Positions 24,010 through 34,009 of a stretch of 64,000 nt of DNA are shown piece after piece. Source of the DNA: an uncultured Desulfosarcina sp. (lineage in GTDB: Bacteria > Desulfobacterota > Desulfobacteria > Desulfobacterales > Desulfosarcinaceae); contig CAXXWQ010000001.1 of the NCBI GenBank assembly GCA_963674945.2, forward strand, positions 320,001 to 384,000, in the 5' to 3' direction. A program made the position numbers and the translations under genes. Every line of letters starts with the position of its first letter. Positions within the stretch are counted from its first letter, which is position 1. Under the pieces are notes generated by a model. That model made no database searches. It was not told the origin of the DNA and worked only from the letters and a program-made list of their open reading frames with translations.

Positions 24010-25140
24010 TCATGGGATTACCTGTGGGTTGACAATGCTGGGAACCGCCTTCGGCGGATTTTTACTAAGAAAGGGCACGATATCTTTCCGGTTCCAGAGA
24101 GGATACCCGGCCAAAATACCGACAATGTTCAAGGCAGCCAGCGTTGCCATGCCCTCCCTGGCCCACCGGGTGGCGGAGCCGATGTGGGGAACGATGACCA
24201 CGTTTTCCAGTTTCGCCAAGCCGGGTGTCAGGGCAGGCTCGTTTTCAAATACATCCAGTCCGGCGCGAAAATTTCGATTGCGCCGGCAATGATCCACCAG
24301 TGCCGATTCGTCCACCACGGGACCCCGGCTGGTATTGATCAAGACGGCATCGTTTTTCATCAGACAGAGCCGACGTGCATCGATGAGGTGATGGGTGGTA
24401 TCATCGAGAACCGTATGGATGCTGACGCAATCAGCCGTTTCCAATAGTTCGTCGAGGGATTCGGTTCTCCGGCAGGTTACCGGCATTAGGCTCTGCCGGA
24501 TTCGGAACCGGTTGAAGTTGGCGACAAAAGACTCCAACGCTGCATTGGTGTTTCGGCCGTGGTATATCAGGTTCATTCCGTGGCCCTGGACCATCATGCG
24601 GGCATAGGCGCCGCCGATTCTTCCTGCGCCGATGATCCCCAGGATCTTACCGCTCAGCTGGACACCCAGCAGCAGATCGGGTCGCCAGCCATTGAACCGA
24701 CCGGCCCGCAGGTACCGCTCGGCCTCGCCGATTCGCCGGGCGGCGGCGAAGGTGAGGGCCACGGCCATTTCCGCCGTTGCCTCCGTGAGTGCGTCGGGTG
24801 TATTGCCCACGGGTATGCCCGCCCGGGTCGCCGCATCCAGGTCCACATTGTCATAGCCCACGGCATAGTTGCTGAATACGGCGCCGCCGGCCTTCTTCAA
24901 TGCAAAAAAGAGTGTTTCATCCCACGTTTCCGTCAATTGCCCGATAACGCCGTTGCATCGGATCTCCATGGCAGATAGAATGGTTCCGGCGTTTATGGCC
25001 GTATCCGCATTGCAGAACACCTCGACGCGACAGTCCGCTTCGATCAACAGGTCGAGCCACCGCCGTCCGGGCAGCGTTCTGGTGACGATGACGCGGTACT
25101 TGCCTTCAGGATGATGAATTTGCCAGTCAGGTGGATGCAT
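24010..25140 (-). CDS. D-glycerate dehydrogenase/hydroxypyruvate reductase (2-hydroxyacid dehydrogenase)
   Basis: 'AVGYDNVD', 'GIIGAGRIG', 'INTSRGPVVDE', 'GLDVFENEP', 'PHIGSA'. Confidence 0.92.
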   Translation of the reverse strand: MHPPDWQIHHPEGKYRVIVTRTLPGRRWLDLLIEADCRVEVFCNADTAINAGTILSAMEIRCNGVIGQLTETWDETLFFALKKAGGAVFSNYAVGYDNVDLDAATRAGIPVGNTPDALTEATAEMAVALTFAAARRIGEAERYLRAGRFNGWRPDLLLGVQLSGKILGIIGAGRIGGAYARMMVQGHGMNLIYHGRNTNAALESFVANFNRFRIRQSLMPVTCRRTESLDELLETADCVSIHTVLDDTTHHLIDARRLCLMKNDAVLINTSRGPVVDESALVDHCRRNRNFRAGLDVFENEPALTPGLAKLENVVIVPHIGSATRWAREGMATLAALNIVGILAGYPLWNRKDIVPFLSKNPPKAVPSIVNPQVIP

Positions 25141-25888
25141 CGTCTATCCCCATGTCTCCAAATTTATGCTGAACAATGGCTACGGCGGTCAGGGCAGCGG
25201 TCTGGGCACGCAGTATCCGGGGACCCAGTCCTGCAATGACAAATCCCTGCTCCCGGGCCCGCCGAATTTCATCCTCCTGAAAACCACCCTCCGGTCCCAC
25301 GGCCATCATGATCGTATTTGGTTTTTGCATGGGTCTGTTTTGCCAGTCGAACCGCTTGGACGCATCTTCCCAGAAGATGAGCTTGAGATCGGCACTTGCG
25401 GATTCTGCCAACATCTCATCGAAACTTTCCGCCAACCTGATTTCGGGGATTACCGCCCGCCGGCACTGTTTGACCGACTCGATGGCGATTTTCTCCCATC
25501 GCTCCAGCCGTTTCGAAAGTCCTTTCCGGTTCGGCACGGGAACCGACCGGGAACAAAAAAAAGGGATCCACCGATGGATGCCCAATTCCGTCAAGGGCGG
25601 GAGGAGATCGTCCATTTTCCGTTCCTTGAGAAATCCCTGGGCCAGGGTGATGTGAACTGGAGATTCAGAGAGAAGAGCAAAGGTCTTTTCGATTTGCAAT
25701 TGAACCTGTTTGGGCGAGGCCGAGACGATAATTGCCCGATACCCGTTCCCGGTTCCATCGATAAGTTCCACGGAATCGCCGGCCGCAAGGCGCAGAACCC
25801 GGCAGATGTGACCAGCCTGGGGGCCGGTGATTACCGGTCGGGCTTCCCTGATCATCTCCGGCGGCATGTAAAAACGTCTGGGAGACAT
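25127..25888 (-). CDS. rsmE: 16S rRNA m3U1498 methyltransferase
   Basis: 'HICRVLRL', 'KQCRR', 'VGPEGGF', 'LGPRILRAQTA'. Confidence 0.95.
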   Translation of the reverse strand: MSPRRFYMPPEMIREARPVITGPQAGHICRVLRLAAGDSVELIDGTGNGYRAIIVSASPKQVQLQIEKTFALLSESPVHITLAQGFLKERKMDDLLPPLTELGIHRWIPFFCSRSVPVPNRKGLSKRLERWEKIAIESVKQCRRAVIPEIRLAESFDEMLAESASADLKLIFWEDASKRFDWQNRPMQKPNTIMMAVGPEGGFQEDEIRRAREQGFVIAGLGPRILRAQTAALTAVAIVQHKFGDMGIDDAST

Positions 25889-25900
25889 CTCTTTTTTTCG

Positions 25901-28153
25901 CTAATTTCCCTGCTGGTTTTCTTTCTGCCGATCGGAAATCGACATCCTGGACTCTTCCGCGCGCAATTGAATTCGTTTGAAGAGAACTTCATTTTGGTCT
26001 GATTGACCCTTTTCCGCCAGTGCGGGAATATTATTCTTGAATTCATCAAGCAGGGGTAAATCTTCAACCTCTCCCACCCTTGCCATCGCACGAATCAGAA
26101 TCCGTAAATTGGAGAACAACGCATTTAAGTGCTGTTCACTTTCACTGCTGTTATAAATGAAGGAGGAAGGATCACTATAGTCCCTGAGGGCGCTCAGGAT
26201 AACGCTACGTGCGGTAACGCCGCCGATCAGCGCCAGGAAGATAAATATCTCGCGTTCAAGTTGCAGTAAATATTGCACAGAAATGGGGGGTTCATTCTTT
26301 TTGTCGGGGTTGAGCGCCTCATTGAGCGCCTGATGAATGGTTTTGATTTTTTGGAAGAACTGTTCTTGATCTTTGCCGATACGCCAGACCACATAGTTGG
26401 CGACCTTATCTTCCAGCTTCTCGCTTACCTTGATGATTTCCTCCGGCGTGATCTCCATATCGATCAGTCCGCTGCTGAATTTGCGGATCAGGACGCTTGT
26501 GAGCATCATGGCTTTTGAATCGGAATAGCTTATTGTTTCCGGATCTTGATAGAAATCCGACATCAGGATCTTAACGGCTTCCTTTGGGTTTTTCATCTGG
26601 GCAATGAGCTGTTGCAGCGAATTGAGAAACGGAATGCGGTCTTTGGCATGGACGTATTCGCGCAGGTAAAGCCATAAGAACTCGAATATTTTCCGCTCAA
26701 ACCGTGCAAATTCCGGCATGATCCGGGCGAACTCCCGTTTGATGAAGCGGCCGTCGGTATCGAAGCAACCTTCCAGCATTTCAATCAGCGAATGGGCGTC
26801 TTGTACCGAGATTCCAAAGTCTTTGGCCAGTGTCTCGAAGTCGGTTAAATTCAGTTTTGAACTGTGATCGACGAGGTTGCTCATCTTTTTCTTAGTGTCG
26901 TTACGGCGCTTGTAAAACGTGACGACCCCCAACACCTTTTTATGCAGATTTCCCAAAATGCCGAATTTTGATTCTTCTCCGGACACATCCGCCTGGGCTT
27001 CGGCGAAGAGATCGTCAAACACCTGCGCCTTGACCTCATTCAGGCGTTTTTCAATATTACCGATGATCTCCTCGCGCATTTTCCTGGATTTGTCGGGGGT
27101 GTTTTCCACGGAAACCAGCAGATCGGATGAGAGTTTGAGTCGCTCGTTGAGGTGGTCGGCATTGATTTTATCATAGTCGTTGCCATACACGCTTTTGAGG
27201 ATCTTGGCGGCCTTGGCCGGGGAGCCGCCGGCGCTTTTTATGGAGAATTGAGCTACTTCCGCCTGTTCCTTGCTCATGGTCTCAATCTCGTTTTCCCCCA
27301 GCAGCCACACGACATTATTGATCTCAATGGGGGGGCGCACCAGCTTGCCCTTTAACTTTTGGACCGCAAAAATGGCGTTGTAAATGCTCATATATCGATC
27401 TTTCAAAGGACTGTTCCCAATTTTTTCAACGAGTTTCTCGGCCACTTGCGGCTTGATTCCATTGGCGATGGTCAGCATTGTAAGGTTCTCATCCGGAATA
27501 GCGTCGCTATTTTGAATTACCGGGTAGGACTTCGTTTCGCCGCGTTCATTCGTAATGGCAATGGGGGTGTTTTCCATGACCGCCTTTTTGTATAGGGCAA
27601 AGGCGCGCAAGGCGTCGTGCAGCCGGCCTATTTGTTTGTCGATGTTCTTGGGAAATCGCAGGTAGAGAGAATAGATCTCTGCCGACGAGAATACCTGGAA
27701 GGCACGATTCAGCTGATCTGTCAGATAGACCATTTTGGATCCCAGGCGTTTCACCATATTGGCCACGGCGTCCGTATCCACCATGGTTTCCCCGTAAACC
27801 AGCTCGTAGTCGGATTTTTCATCCATTTTCTTTGGGTCATTGGGAAAGCCGCGAAAACGGATGAGCAACGACAGTTTTTTACCTGAAAGTTTCCAGATGC
27901 GATCCATGGTTTTGAGAACTTGCTGGAAGGTTTTTTTCTCGAAGTCGGTGTTGTCCACGATGTTGGCGTCTATCAGATAAACGCTTAAAAGATAGGTCAA
28001 TTCTATCATTAGCGTCCGTTTATCGTCTTCCTGTTTTTTCTGCTTTTCCAGTCCTTCGGCAAGATGATCCTTGCTATAATCCTTATCAATACCATGCAAC
28101 ATTTGATAAAGCTGGCTGGCTTCCTCGTCCAGCACTTTTTCGATTTCTGACAT
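25901..28153 (-). CDS. Large hypothetical helical cytoplasmic protein (about 750 aa)
   Basis: Long ORF with GGAGG RBS, directly upstream of rsmE; no motif recognised. Confidence 0.75.
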   Translation of the reverse strand: MSEIEKVLDEEASQLYQMLHGIDKDYSKDHLAEGLEKQKKQEDDKRTLMIELTYLLSVYLIDANIVDNTDFEKKTFQQVLKTMDRIWKLSGKKLSLLIRFRGFPNDPKKMDEKSDYELVYGETMVDTDAVANMVKRLGSKMVYLTDQLNRAFQVFSSAEIYSLYLRFPKNIDKQIGRLHDALRAFALYKKAVMENTPIAITNERGETKSYPVIQNSDAIPDENLTMLTIANGIKPQVAEKLVEKIGNSPLKDRYMSIYNAIFAVQKLKGKLVRPPIEINNVVWLLGENEIETMSKEQAEVAQFSIKSAGGSPAKAAKILKSVYGNDYDKINADHLNERLKLSSDLLVSVENTPDKSRKMREEIIGNIEKRLNEVKAQVFDDLFAEAQADVSGEESKFGILGNLHKKVLGVVTFYKRRNDTKKKMSNLVDHSSKLNLTDFETLAKDFGISVQDAHSLIEMLEGCFDTDGRFIKREFARIMPEFARFERKIFEFLWLYLREYVHAKDRIPFLNSLQQLIAQMKNPKEAVKILMSDFYQDPETISYSDSKAMMLTSVLIRKFSSGLIDMEITPEEIIKVSEKLEDKVANYVVWRIGKDQEQFFQKIKTIHQALNEALNPDKKNEPPISVQYLLQLEREIFIFLALIGGVTARSVILSALRDYSDPSSFIYNSSESEQHLNALFSNLRILIRAMARVGEVEDLPLLDEFKNNIPALAEKGQSDQNEVLFKRIQLRAEESRMSISDRQKENQQGN

Positions 28154-28337
28154 GGTGACCCTCCAAATGCCTTCGCGGGTAATCTGCAATCCATATCGCC
28201 AACACTGGTCAAAACAGTGGATTACAGTTGTATTGGTACTATTTCTAAGCTATTAATTTTGTTATGTCAATTGGTTGGCATGAATCGAACCCATTTCTCC
28301 AGAAACGAAACATTTCAATTGAAAGAAGGGAGTCGCA

Positions 28338-29789
28338 TTGAACATCCGTGTCGCCTTTTCCCGTTTTGTGATGGCCGTGGGCCTGGCGCTATTCGTTTGG
28401 GGTGCCCATGGCGCGTATACCGGTTTGAAGGCGAGATCCTGGCCACATACCATTGGTTTCGTTCTTGAGTCATCGGTGAAAAAGCGTTTCAAAATCGAAT
28501 ATCCTCATATTTTATACAGCTATCGTGTAAACGGTAATCATTACACCGGGGACCGCTTGATGAGCGGTCCCGAACCAGGGCCGGGAACGAAAAATCCGAA
28601 GGCATTGGTCGCTAAACTGAAGAATGAAAAACAGATCGATGTGGTTCACCATCCGGAAAAACCGGAAAGAGCGCTGCTGGTGACCGGAATCGGCGATACC
28701 GTCCTTTTATTACTGCTTAGCGGTGTCACCTTTTTTTCAGCAGGCCTTTTGCTGAAGTTTCCCGAAGGTAATGGGTGTTTGGGCATTTTCGTATTTCTCC
28801 TGTTTTTTTCAATGGTGGTTTTCTTAATGGTTCCGAAGGTAAGAAAGGCGCTTGTCGCTCACCATATCCTTTCCACCATGGACGAAGTCGTGGTTCATGA
28901 CAGTCGGGCGATTCGTCGGAAAGGACTTTTTGATCCGGAGAAATCAAAACAGCTGGCACCTTCGACCGTTGAAATCGTCAAACCGGAACCGACGCCAAAA
29001 AAGCAAACAACCAAAGATATAAACCATTCAGTGCTCTATGTGTCATCGGAAAAAGGGATTTACCGCATCGATGAAAAAGGCGGTCACGAGATCCTTATTG
29101 GTGAGATAAAAAACAGTTACTGCTTAGAGGTCTATGGAGAAAATCTCTATGTATCCACCGGAGCAAGGGGGGCGTCCATTAAAACGTATACCTTGAACGG
29201 TCGATTGATTAATGAAATTTCCATTCCGGCCCCGGCAGTGGAATATTTGACATTCAAGTGCCTTCCCCACAGCCGGTTTGCGCTTTTGGATAATAAAAAC
29301 GATGCGATCCATTTCATTGATAGCGATGGTTTTCTTCTGAAAACGGCAGGATTGAGCCAACCCGATAAGCATTGGCAGGATCTGGATGGCGTTGTCGTTA
29401 ATAATTTGCTTTACGTCGGGGAGGTGAGCGAGTCAAAGATCGTCGTGATCGATCTCGACACGTTTGCCGTTTCCATGTTCAAAGATCTGAGTGATCGGCT
29501 TTACGCCATATCCGCCGTGGCCTATTCACCCCAATCCGGTTTTTTCTACGCCAGCGACCAGGATCGCGGGCTTTACGCGTTCAGCCAAGCCGGGCCGCCA
29601 AAAAAGATTGGCAGCCCCATGGCCGGATTCGGTTATTATGCCGAATTGGAGATCGACTACCCCCGTGCATACATCATGAGCACGAAAGGCGTGATCGGGG
29701 TCATGGATTTGAATACAGGTTCTTTTAAAAAATTTTGTGACCTCCAAGTCAGAACCAGAGCCCTCACCATTCATGTGAGCAAACCGTGA
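28338..29789 (+). CDS. DUF3592-like membrane protein fused to a C-terminal beta-propeller-like domain
   Basis: 'RSWPHTIGFV...YSYRVNG...VVHHPEKPERALL' DUF3592 pattern, TM helices, beta-rich C-terminus. Confidence 0.7.
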   Translation: MNIRVAFSRFVMAVGLALFVWGAHGAYTGLKARSWPHTIGFVLESSVKKRFKIEYPHILYSYRVNGNHYTGDRLMSGPEPGPGTKNPKALVAKLKNEKQIDVVHHPEKPERALLVTGIGDTVLLLLLSGVTFFSAGLLLKFPEGNGCLGIFVFLLFFSMVVFLMVPKVRKALVAHHILSTMDEVVVHDSRAIRRKGLFDPEKSKQLAPSTVEIVKPEPTPKKQTTKDINHSVLYVSSEKGIYRIDEKGGHEILIGEIKNSYCLEVYGENLYVSTGARGASIKTYTLNGRLINEISIPAPAVEYLTFKCLPHSRFALLDNKNDAIHFIDSDGFLLKTAGLSQPDKHWQDLDGVVVNNLLYVGEVSESKIVVIDLDTFAVSMFKDLSDRLYAISAVAYSPQSGFFYASDQDRGLYAFSQAGPPKKIGSPMAGFGYYAELEIDYPRAYIMSTKGVIGVMDLNTGSFKKFCDLQVRTRALTIHVSKP

Positions 29790-29929
29790 ACATCAGTGTC
29801 ATACGAGTCAGGGGACATTTATAAAAATGTGCAAAAGTTGACAGAGGCCAAAGATGGTATCGGCAATCCGTATTCCGGGTGTGAAAGAGGAATTGTCATG
29901 TGGAGATTTCCTCTCCGTATCGGTTTTGT

Positions 29930-30481
29930 TTAAGCGAAATCACCAGGGACCAATGAAAACATGAAGGCGTCTAAGGTTTGTCCGTGTACATACAAACGTT
30001 GTCTTAGTAAACCTTCTTGCAATGCCCCCACTTTCTCTGCAACCCGTTGACTCGGTATATTTTTCACTGCCACAACGATCTCCATTCGGTGTAACTTCAA
30101 GTTATCAAAACCAAATTTTGCTATCATTGGCACTGCAGCAGATGCAATTCCCAGCCCCGTTTTGCTTGTCCTGATCCAATAGCCTAAATTCGCAAACCTT
30201 TCCGCCACATTAATTTGATTCAAACCACAAACACCAAGGGGCAAGTCGCCTGGTTTATTCATGATTACAAAATCGTATTCCACCCCGTGCCTCCATGCGG
30301 CATCGCGTGATTCACACCAGAATCTACTTTCTTCGAGCGAATAATCCGCACTGCACCAAGGCATCCATGGGGATACTTCAGCGATGGACTCATTCACTGC
30401 CGTAAATATTGATTCGGCGTCAGAAGGACGGACACGCCGTAATATACTAATTTCATTTTCAATAATTGGGTCGTCGGTCAT
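29930..30481 (-). CDS. GNAT N-acetyltransferase (RimJ/RimL family)
   Basis: 'NLGYWI...GLGIAS', 'NIPSQRVAEKVG...EGLLR'. Confidence 0.9.
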   Translation of the reverse strand: MTDDPIIENEISILRRVRPSDAESIFTAVNESIAEVSPWMPWCSADYSLEESRFWCESRDAAWRHGVEYDFVIMNKPGDLPLGVCGLNQINVAERFANLGYWIRTSKTGLGIASAAVPMIAKFGFDNLKLHRMEIVVAVKNIPSQRVAEKVGALQEGLLRQRLYVHGQTLDAFMFSLVPGDFA

Positions 30482-31092
30482 ATTGGCACATATTGGCGAG
30501 ATTGGCTATTTTTCATTCCCAACGCCCATGCGGCCTTATCGATGCTCGGTGGGCGGTATGATGCAAACTTTGCAAGCAAAGATTGCGGGTTATCATCAAC
30601 CAGTACGATGTCGCGGTGTCCTTTCTCAACAAAATTCTGATCCGTAACATGATCTAAAAATTCAGAAAATTTTTTGTAATATTGGCAAATATTTAAAAGT
30701 CCGCACGGCTTTTGATGTATCCCAAGCTGCGCCCAGGTCAGGACCTCAACAAATTCTTCAATGGTACCCAATCCTCCCGGCAGAGCGATGAAACCATCGG
30801 AAAGTTCCGCCATGAGGGCTTTACGTTCGTGCATCGATCCAACGATACGAAGATCATCCAGTTCTGTGAACGCAACCTCCTTTTCCGCTAACGCCTTGGG
30901 AATGACGCCAGTGACGTTGCCGCCCCTATCGAGCACAGCTTTGGCAATTTGCCCCATAAGGCCGACATTTCCGCCACCGTAGACGAGTCCTATGTTCTTA
31001 TCTGAAAGTGCATGACCCAGTTCTATTGCAGCTTCTAAATATTCCGGTTTCGCTCCGGGACTCGAACCGCAAAACACACAAATTTTTTCCAT
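30478..31092 (-). CDS. LOG-family (TIGR00730-like) nucleotide phosphoribohydrolase
   Basis: 'ICVFCGSS', 'VYGGGNVGLMG', 'MHERKALM', 'PGGLGTIEE'. Confidence 0.95.
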   Translation of the reverse strand: MEKICVFCGSSPGAKPEYLEAAIELGHALSDKNIGLVYGGGNVGLMGQIAKAVLDRGGNVTGVIPKALAEKEVAFTELDDLRIVGSMHERKALMAELSDGFIALPGGLGTIEEFVEVLTWAQLGIHQKPCGLLNICQYYKKFSEFLDHVTDQNFVEKGHRDIVLVDDNPQSLLAKFASYRPPSIDKAAWALGMKNSQSRQYVPI

Positions 31093-31272
31093 CAAAATCC
31101 TCAAAATTCACTATACGGGTAAACCATCGTATTCACTGTCCGGTCTTTATAATTCACGTCATTGTAGTCCCATAAGGGGACGATCGATAAACATCTTGTT
31201 CGCATTCCAAATAGGAAAAAACAGCTACTTTCCGCATGTCATCGTATTTAGGACAGCCGGCTCTATATCCCA

Positions 31273-32928
31273 CCTGAATCAGTGGCCTAATTTTTGCTGT
31301 TAGGATTGGCGCGGGGCGATTGCCTCACACACCATCATTTGTTGATAATTTTTCTCACTATTTTCAAATTTCGAAGGAATTTTGCTCCTGTTTCTCATTC
31401 TTTAGCCATAGCAAATCACCAAGCAAATGCCTGTAAAATTGTTCTTTTAAAAATTATAGCTACTTCATAGCGGAAAGCAAATTCAGACGAAGATAAATCC
31501 GATCCATCAGTTTGGAAAATGGATTGAGTTGGCCAAAGGATATGTACCATTTTCTACTTCTGGTTACTAATCGACCGGCCATATACATCAAGTCCTGCAT
31601 GACTGTCCGGATTCGACGCCGGGTAACTTTCTTCCGGCGTATACCGGGCAATTCAGTCGGATCACTCTCTTCGATGCTGATTTGTCCGATAATCCGTAGC
31701 ATGTTGTACGTCAGCATCGCCAAATGAAGAATCAAGCTATTGGTGGAAAAATGACCGCTCGGCAAGCGCTCCAGGCCCATGTCGGATTTGAGTTCGGAGT
31801 GAAACTGCTCGCTGGTACCGTGATCGTGATAAAGTCGAATCACCTCATCCGGTGGCAACTGTGCGAGGCTGCACCAATAGGTATCGATCTGATACTCGGG
31901 GAACAGCAGTACTTGGCCCTTTTTGGTATGCCTTTCGGTAACCTCAAAGATGATTGGGTAGCGCAATGGATTGCCGTTGATGTCTTCAATCGTCTTTCCG
32001 ATCCATACACATTTTCCTGAGCGGCAATGCTGTTGCTTGCCGGATTTTTTTGCCAGATCAACCCACTTTTGAACAGATTCTCTACGCAAATTGCGTTTGA
32101 TGATAAAGTGGACATTCTTTCGTGAATCGTCAGGAAAGTTGTCTTGACTGTCGTTTCCTGAATCCAACCTCATCAAAATAGGCTGATCGGTAATTTGCCT
32201 GGCATAATCCAAGGTGGCGTTGATAAATTCGGGGGTGTTTTTCTGGCAGTGTTGTTTTCCTTCTCTGAACTCAAGATTCACCAGATACCCCTCGGTGCCC
32301 AGGTAGGCAAAGATCGGAGCGAAGCCATCCGTGCCTTTGTAGGTTCTGGAAACGCCTTCCTTTTGAGTCTTTGAGTTGTCAAACGGACTCACATCCATAT
32401 CCAAAGGAAGGAAATCACCCGCACTGGTTTGGATGGGTGAAATCGCCGGAGCGCAGGATCGAACCAAATCAACGCCTGCATCCTTAATCAGCTTATCGGC
32501 TTGGTTGCCGATCAAATCGATTCGCTGACGCAATGTCGGGCTTGACGGGCATGCACGATTGCCAATGGCCTTGTTGAAAAATTCTTGCTTCTCACGAAAA
32601 ATCTCGATCGCATCGTAATCAGGTTTACCAATACTCATGAGAGCAATCATCGAAGCTAAAATGTCACCATGAGAAATTTTCGGGTCTACACAATGGACGC
32701 CGTTGATCTTTTCGAAACGGAACCTGAAATTTATCGCATCAAGTAATGCGCCGATATTGATCAATCCGCTATGACTGGCAAGTTTTTCCATCTCGTGTTT
32801 TATGGTGATCGGACGCCGCATTGATTTCACCTCCGAAGTGAGCGTTTAGTGCCCTAATATTACCATAATATATATGTTTTATCAATTGGTTATAGTGTTT
32901 TAATCAGGTTTTGTGCCACGGAAACAGG
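31273..32928 (-). mobile_element. IS1380-family insertion sequence, copy 2 (1656 bp, inverted)
   Basis: Reverse complement of copy 1; flanked by direct repeat TCCCA. Confidence 0.93.
31460..32830 (-). CDS. IS1380-family DDE transposase
   Basis: Translation identical to 20389-21759. Confidence 0.93.
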   Translation of the reverse strand: MKSMRRPITIKHEMEKLASHSGLINIGALLDAINFRFRFEKINGVHCVDPKISHGDILASMIALMSIGKPDYDAIEIFREKQEFFNKAIGNRACPSSPTLRQRIDLIGNQADKLIKDAGVDLVRSCAPAISPIQTSAGDFLPLDMDVSPFDNSKTQKEGVSRTYKGTDGFAPIFAYLGTEGYLVNLEFREGKQHCQKNTPEFINATLDYARQITDQPILMRLDSGNDSQDNFPDDSRKNVHFIIKRNLRRESVQKWVDLAKKSGKQQHCRSGKCVWIGKTIEDINGNPLRYPIIFEVTERHTKKGQVLLFPEYQIDTYWCSLAQLPPDEVIRLYHDHGTSEQFHSELKSDMGLERLPSGHFSTNSLILHLAMLTYNMLRIIGQISIEESDPTELPGIRRKKVTRRRIRTVMQDLMYMAGRLVTRSRKWYISFGQLNPFSKLMDRIYLRLNLLSAMK

Positions 32929-33167
32929 TCCCATTTATATTGTAAATGCGTCAAGAGCAGACTGGACTGTATCTTCGAAGCATACAAAAAAAAGGTGTCG
33001 CGCTTTTCCCGTGATTGAGAATGACCAATCCGAGTGAATTCAGTTAACTGGAACTTTGAAGCAAAATGGGTTAATAAATCATTCTTACTTGCATCTGTAG
33101 GCAATTATGAAGATATGGGGTGGGTTGGGATACGCAAAAAAGTTAATCAGAAAATGGAGGAAAGGAG

Positions 33168-33974
33168 ATGAATCGGACAAAAGTTGAGTGGGTAAAGAAT
33201 CCAGACGGTAGCCAGGGGTATAGCTGGAATCCCATCACCGGTTGTCTCAATGGATGTGCATATTGCTATGCCCGGAAGTTGGCCAATGGGCGCTTGCGGG
33301 CGAGATTTGTAGCCAATGACAATTTGCCTTCAAACGATGAACCAGACCACAAACAGCATTTGGCTGATCCCTTTTATCCCCGCTTCTGGCCTGACCGATT
33401 AAAGGAATTGGAGAAAGCAAAACCCCGGACTTATAAAAACAGGAAGACCGGCACTGCTCACCAGAGAAAGACGAATCCAAAAGGTATCTTCGTATGCAAT
33501 ATGTGTGAATTGTTCGGCGAGTGGGTACCTACCCAATGGCAAAGAGAGATATTCAGGGTGATTCGAGCCAATCCTCAGCATCGTTTCTATTTTCTCTCAA
33601 AGCGGTCTCGGAACATGCCCGAGTGGTCTCCGTTTCCTGATAACTGCTGGATCGGGGCAACTGTTTGCGATAAACAGACGGTTTTTGATGTCTGGTGGTA
33701 TTATTTCGGTGGTGCAATCAAGGCGAAACTGAAATTCCTCTCCTTTGAACCATTGCTTGAGGATGTGATGGAAATACCATTGGTTGCGAGCTTTATCCCA
33801 AAAGCGGATTGGGTGATCATCGGAAGCCAGACCAAGCCTTTCAATCCCCCGAAGATAGAGTGGGTGCAGAAGATCGTTGCATGTGCGGATAACGCCGGTG
33901 TGCCTGTGTTTCTAAAAGACAATTTGAAGTCCCTTCTGGGTGATCCTCTGCGACAGGAGTTACCAGCCGGCTAA
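33168..33974 (+). CDS. DUF5131 (phage Gp37/Gp68-like, radical-SAM-like) protein
   Basis: 'TKVEW...SWNPITGCLNGCAYCYA', 'FLSFEPLL', 'DWVIIG', 'PVFLK'. Confidence 0.85.
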   Translation: MNRTKVEWVKNPDGSQGYSWNPITGCLNGCAYCYARKLANGRLRARFVANDNLPSNDEPDHKQHLADPFYPRFWPDRLKELEKAKPRTYKNRKTGTAHQRKTNPKGIFVCNMCELFGEWVPTQWQREIFRVIRANPQHRFYFLSKRSRNMPEWSPFPDNCWIGATVCDKQTVFDVWWYYFGGAIKAKLKFLSFEPLLEDVMEIPLVASFIPKADWVIIGSQTKPFNPPKIEWVQKIVACADNAGVPVFLKDNLKSLLGDPLRQELPAG

Positions 33975-34009
33975 CATTCATATTTTCAACACGATTCAGC
34001 CCCAAACGA

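Noticed and set aside
29790..31270. GNAT and LOG genes as integron cassettes
   Set aside because: AT-rich with AAC near the GNAT stop and weak stems around 31140-31205, but no convincing R''/L''/L'/R' arrangement or matching core pair
20291..32928. Composite transposon
   Set aside because: Each IS has its own target duplication and the outer flanks do not match; cargo includes housekeeping genes
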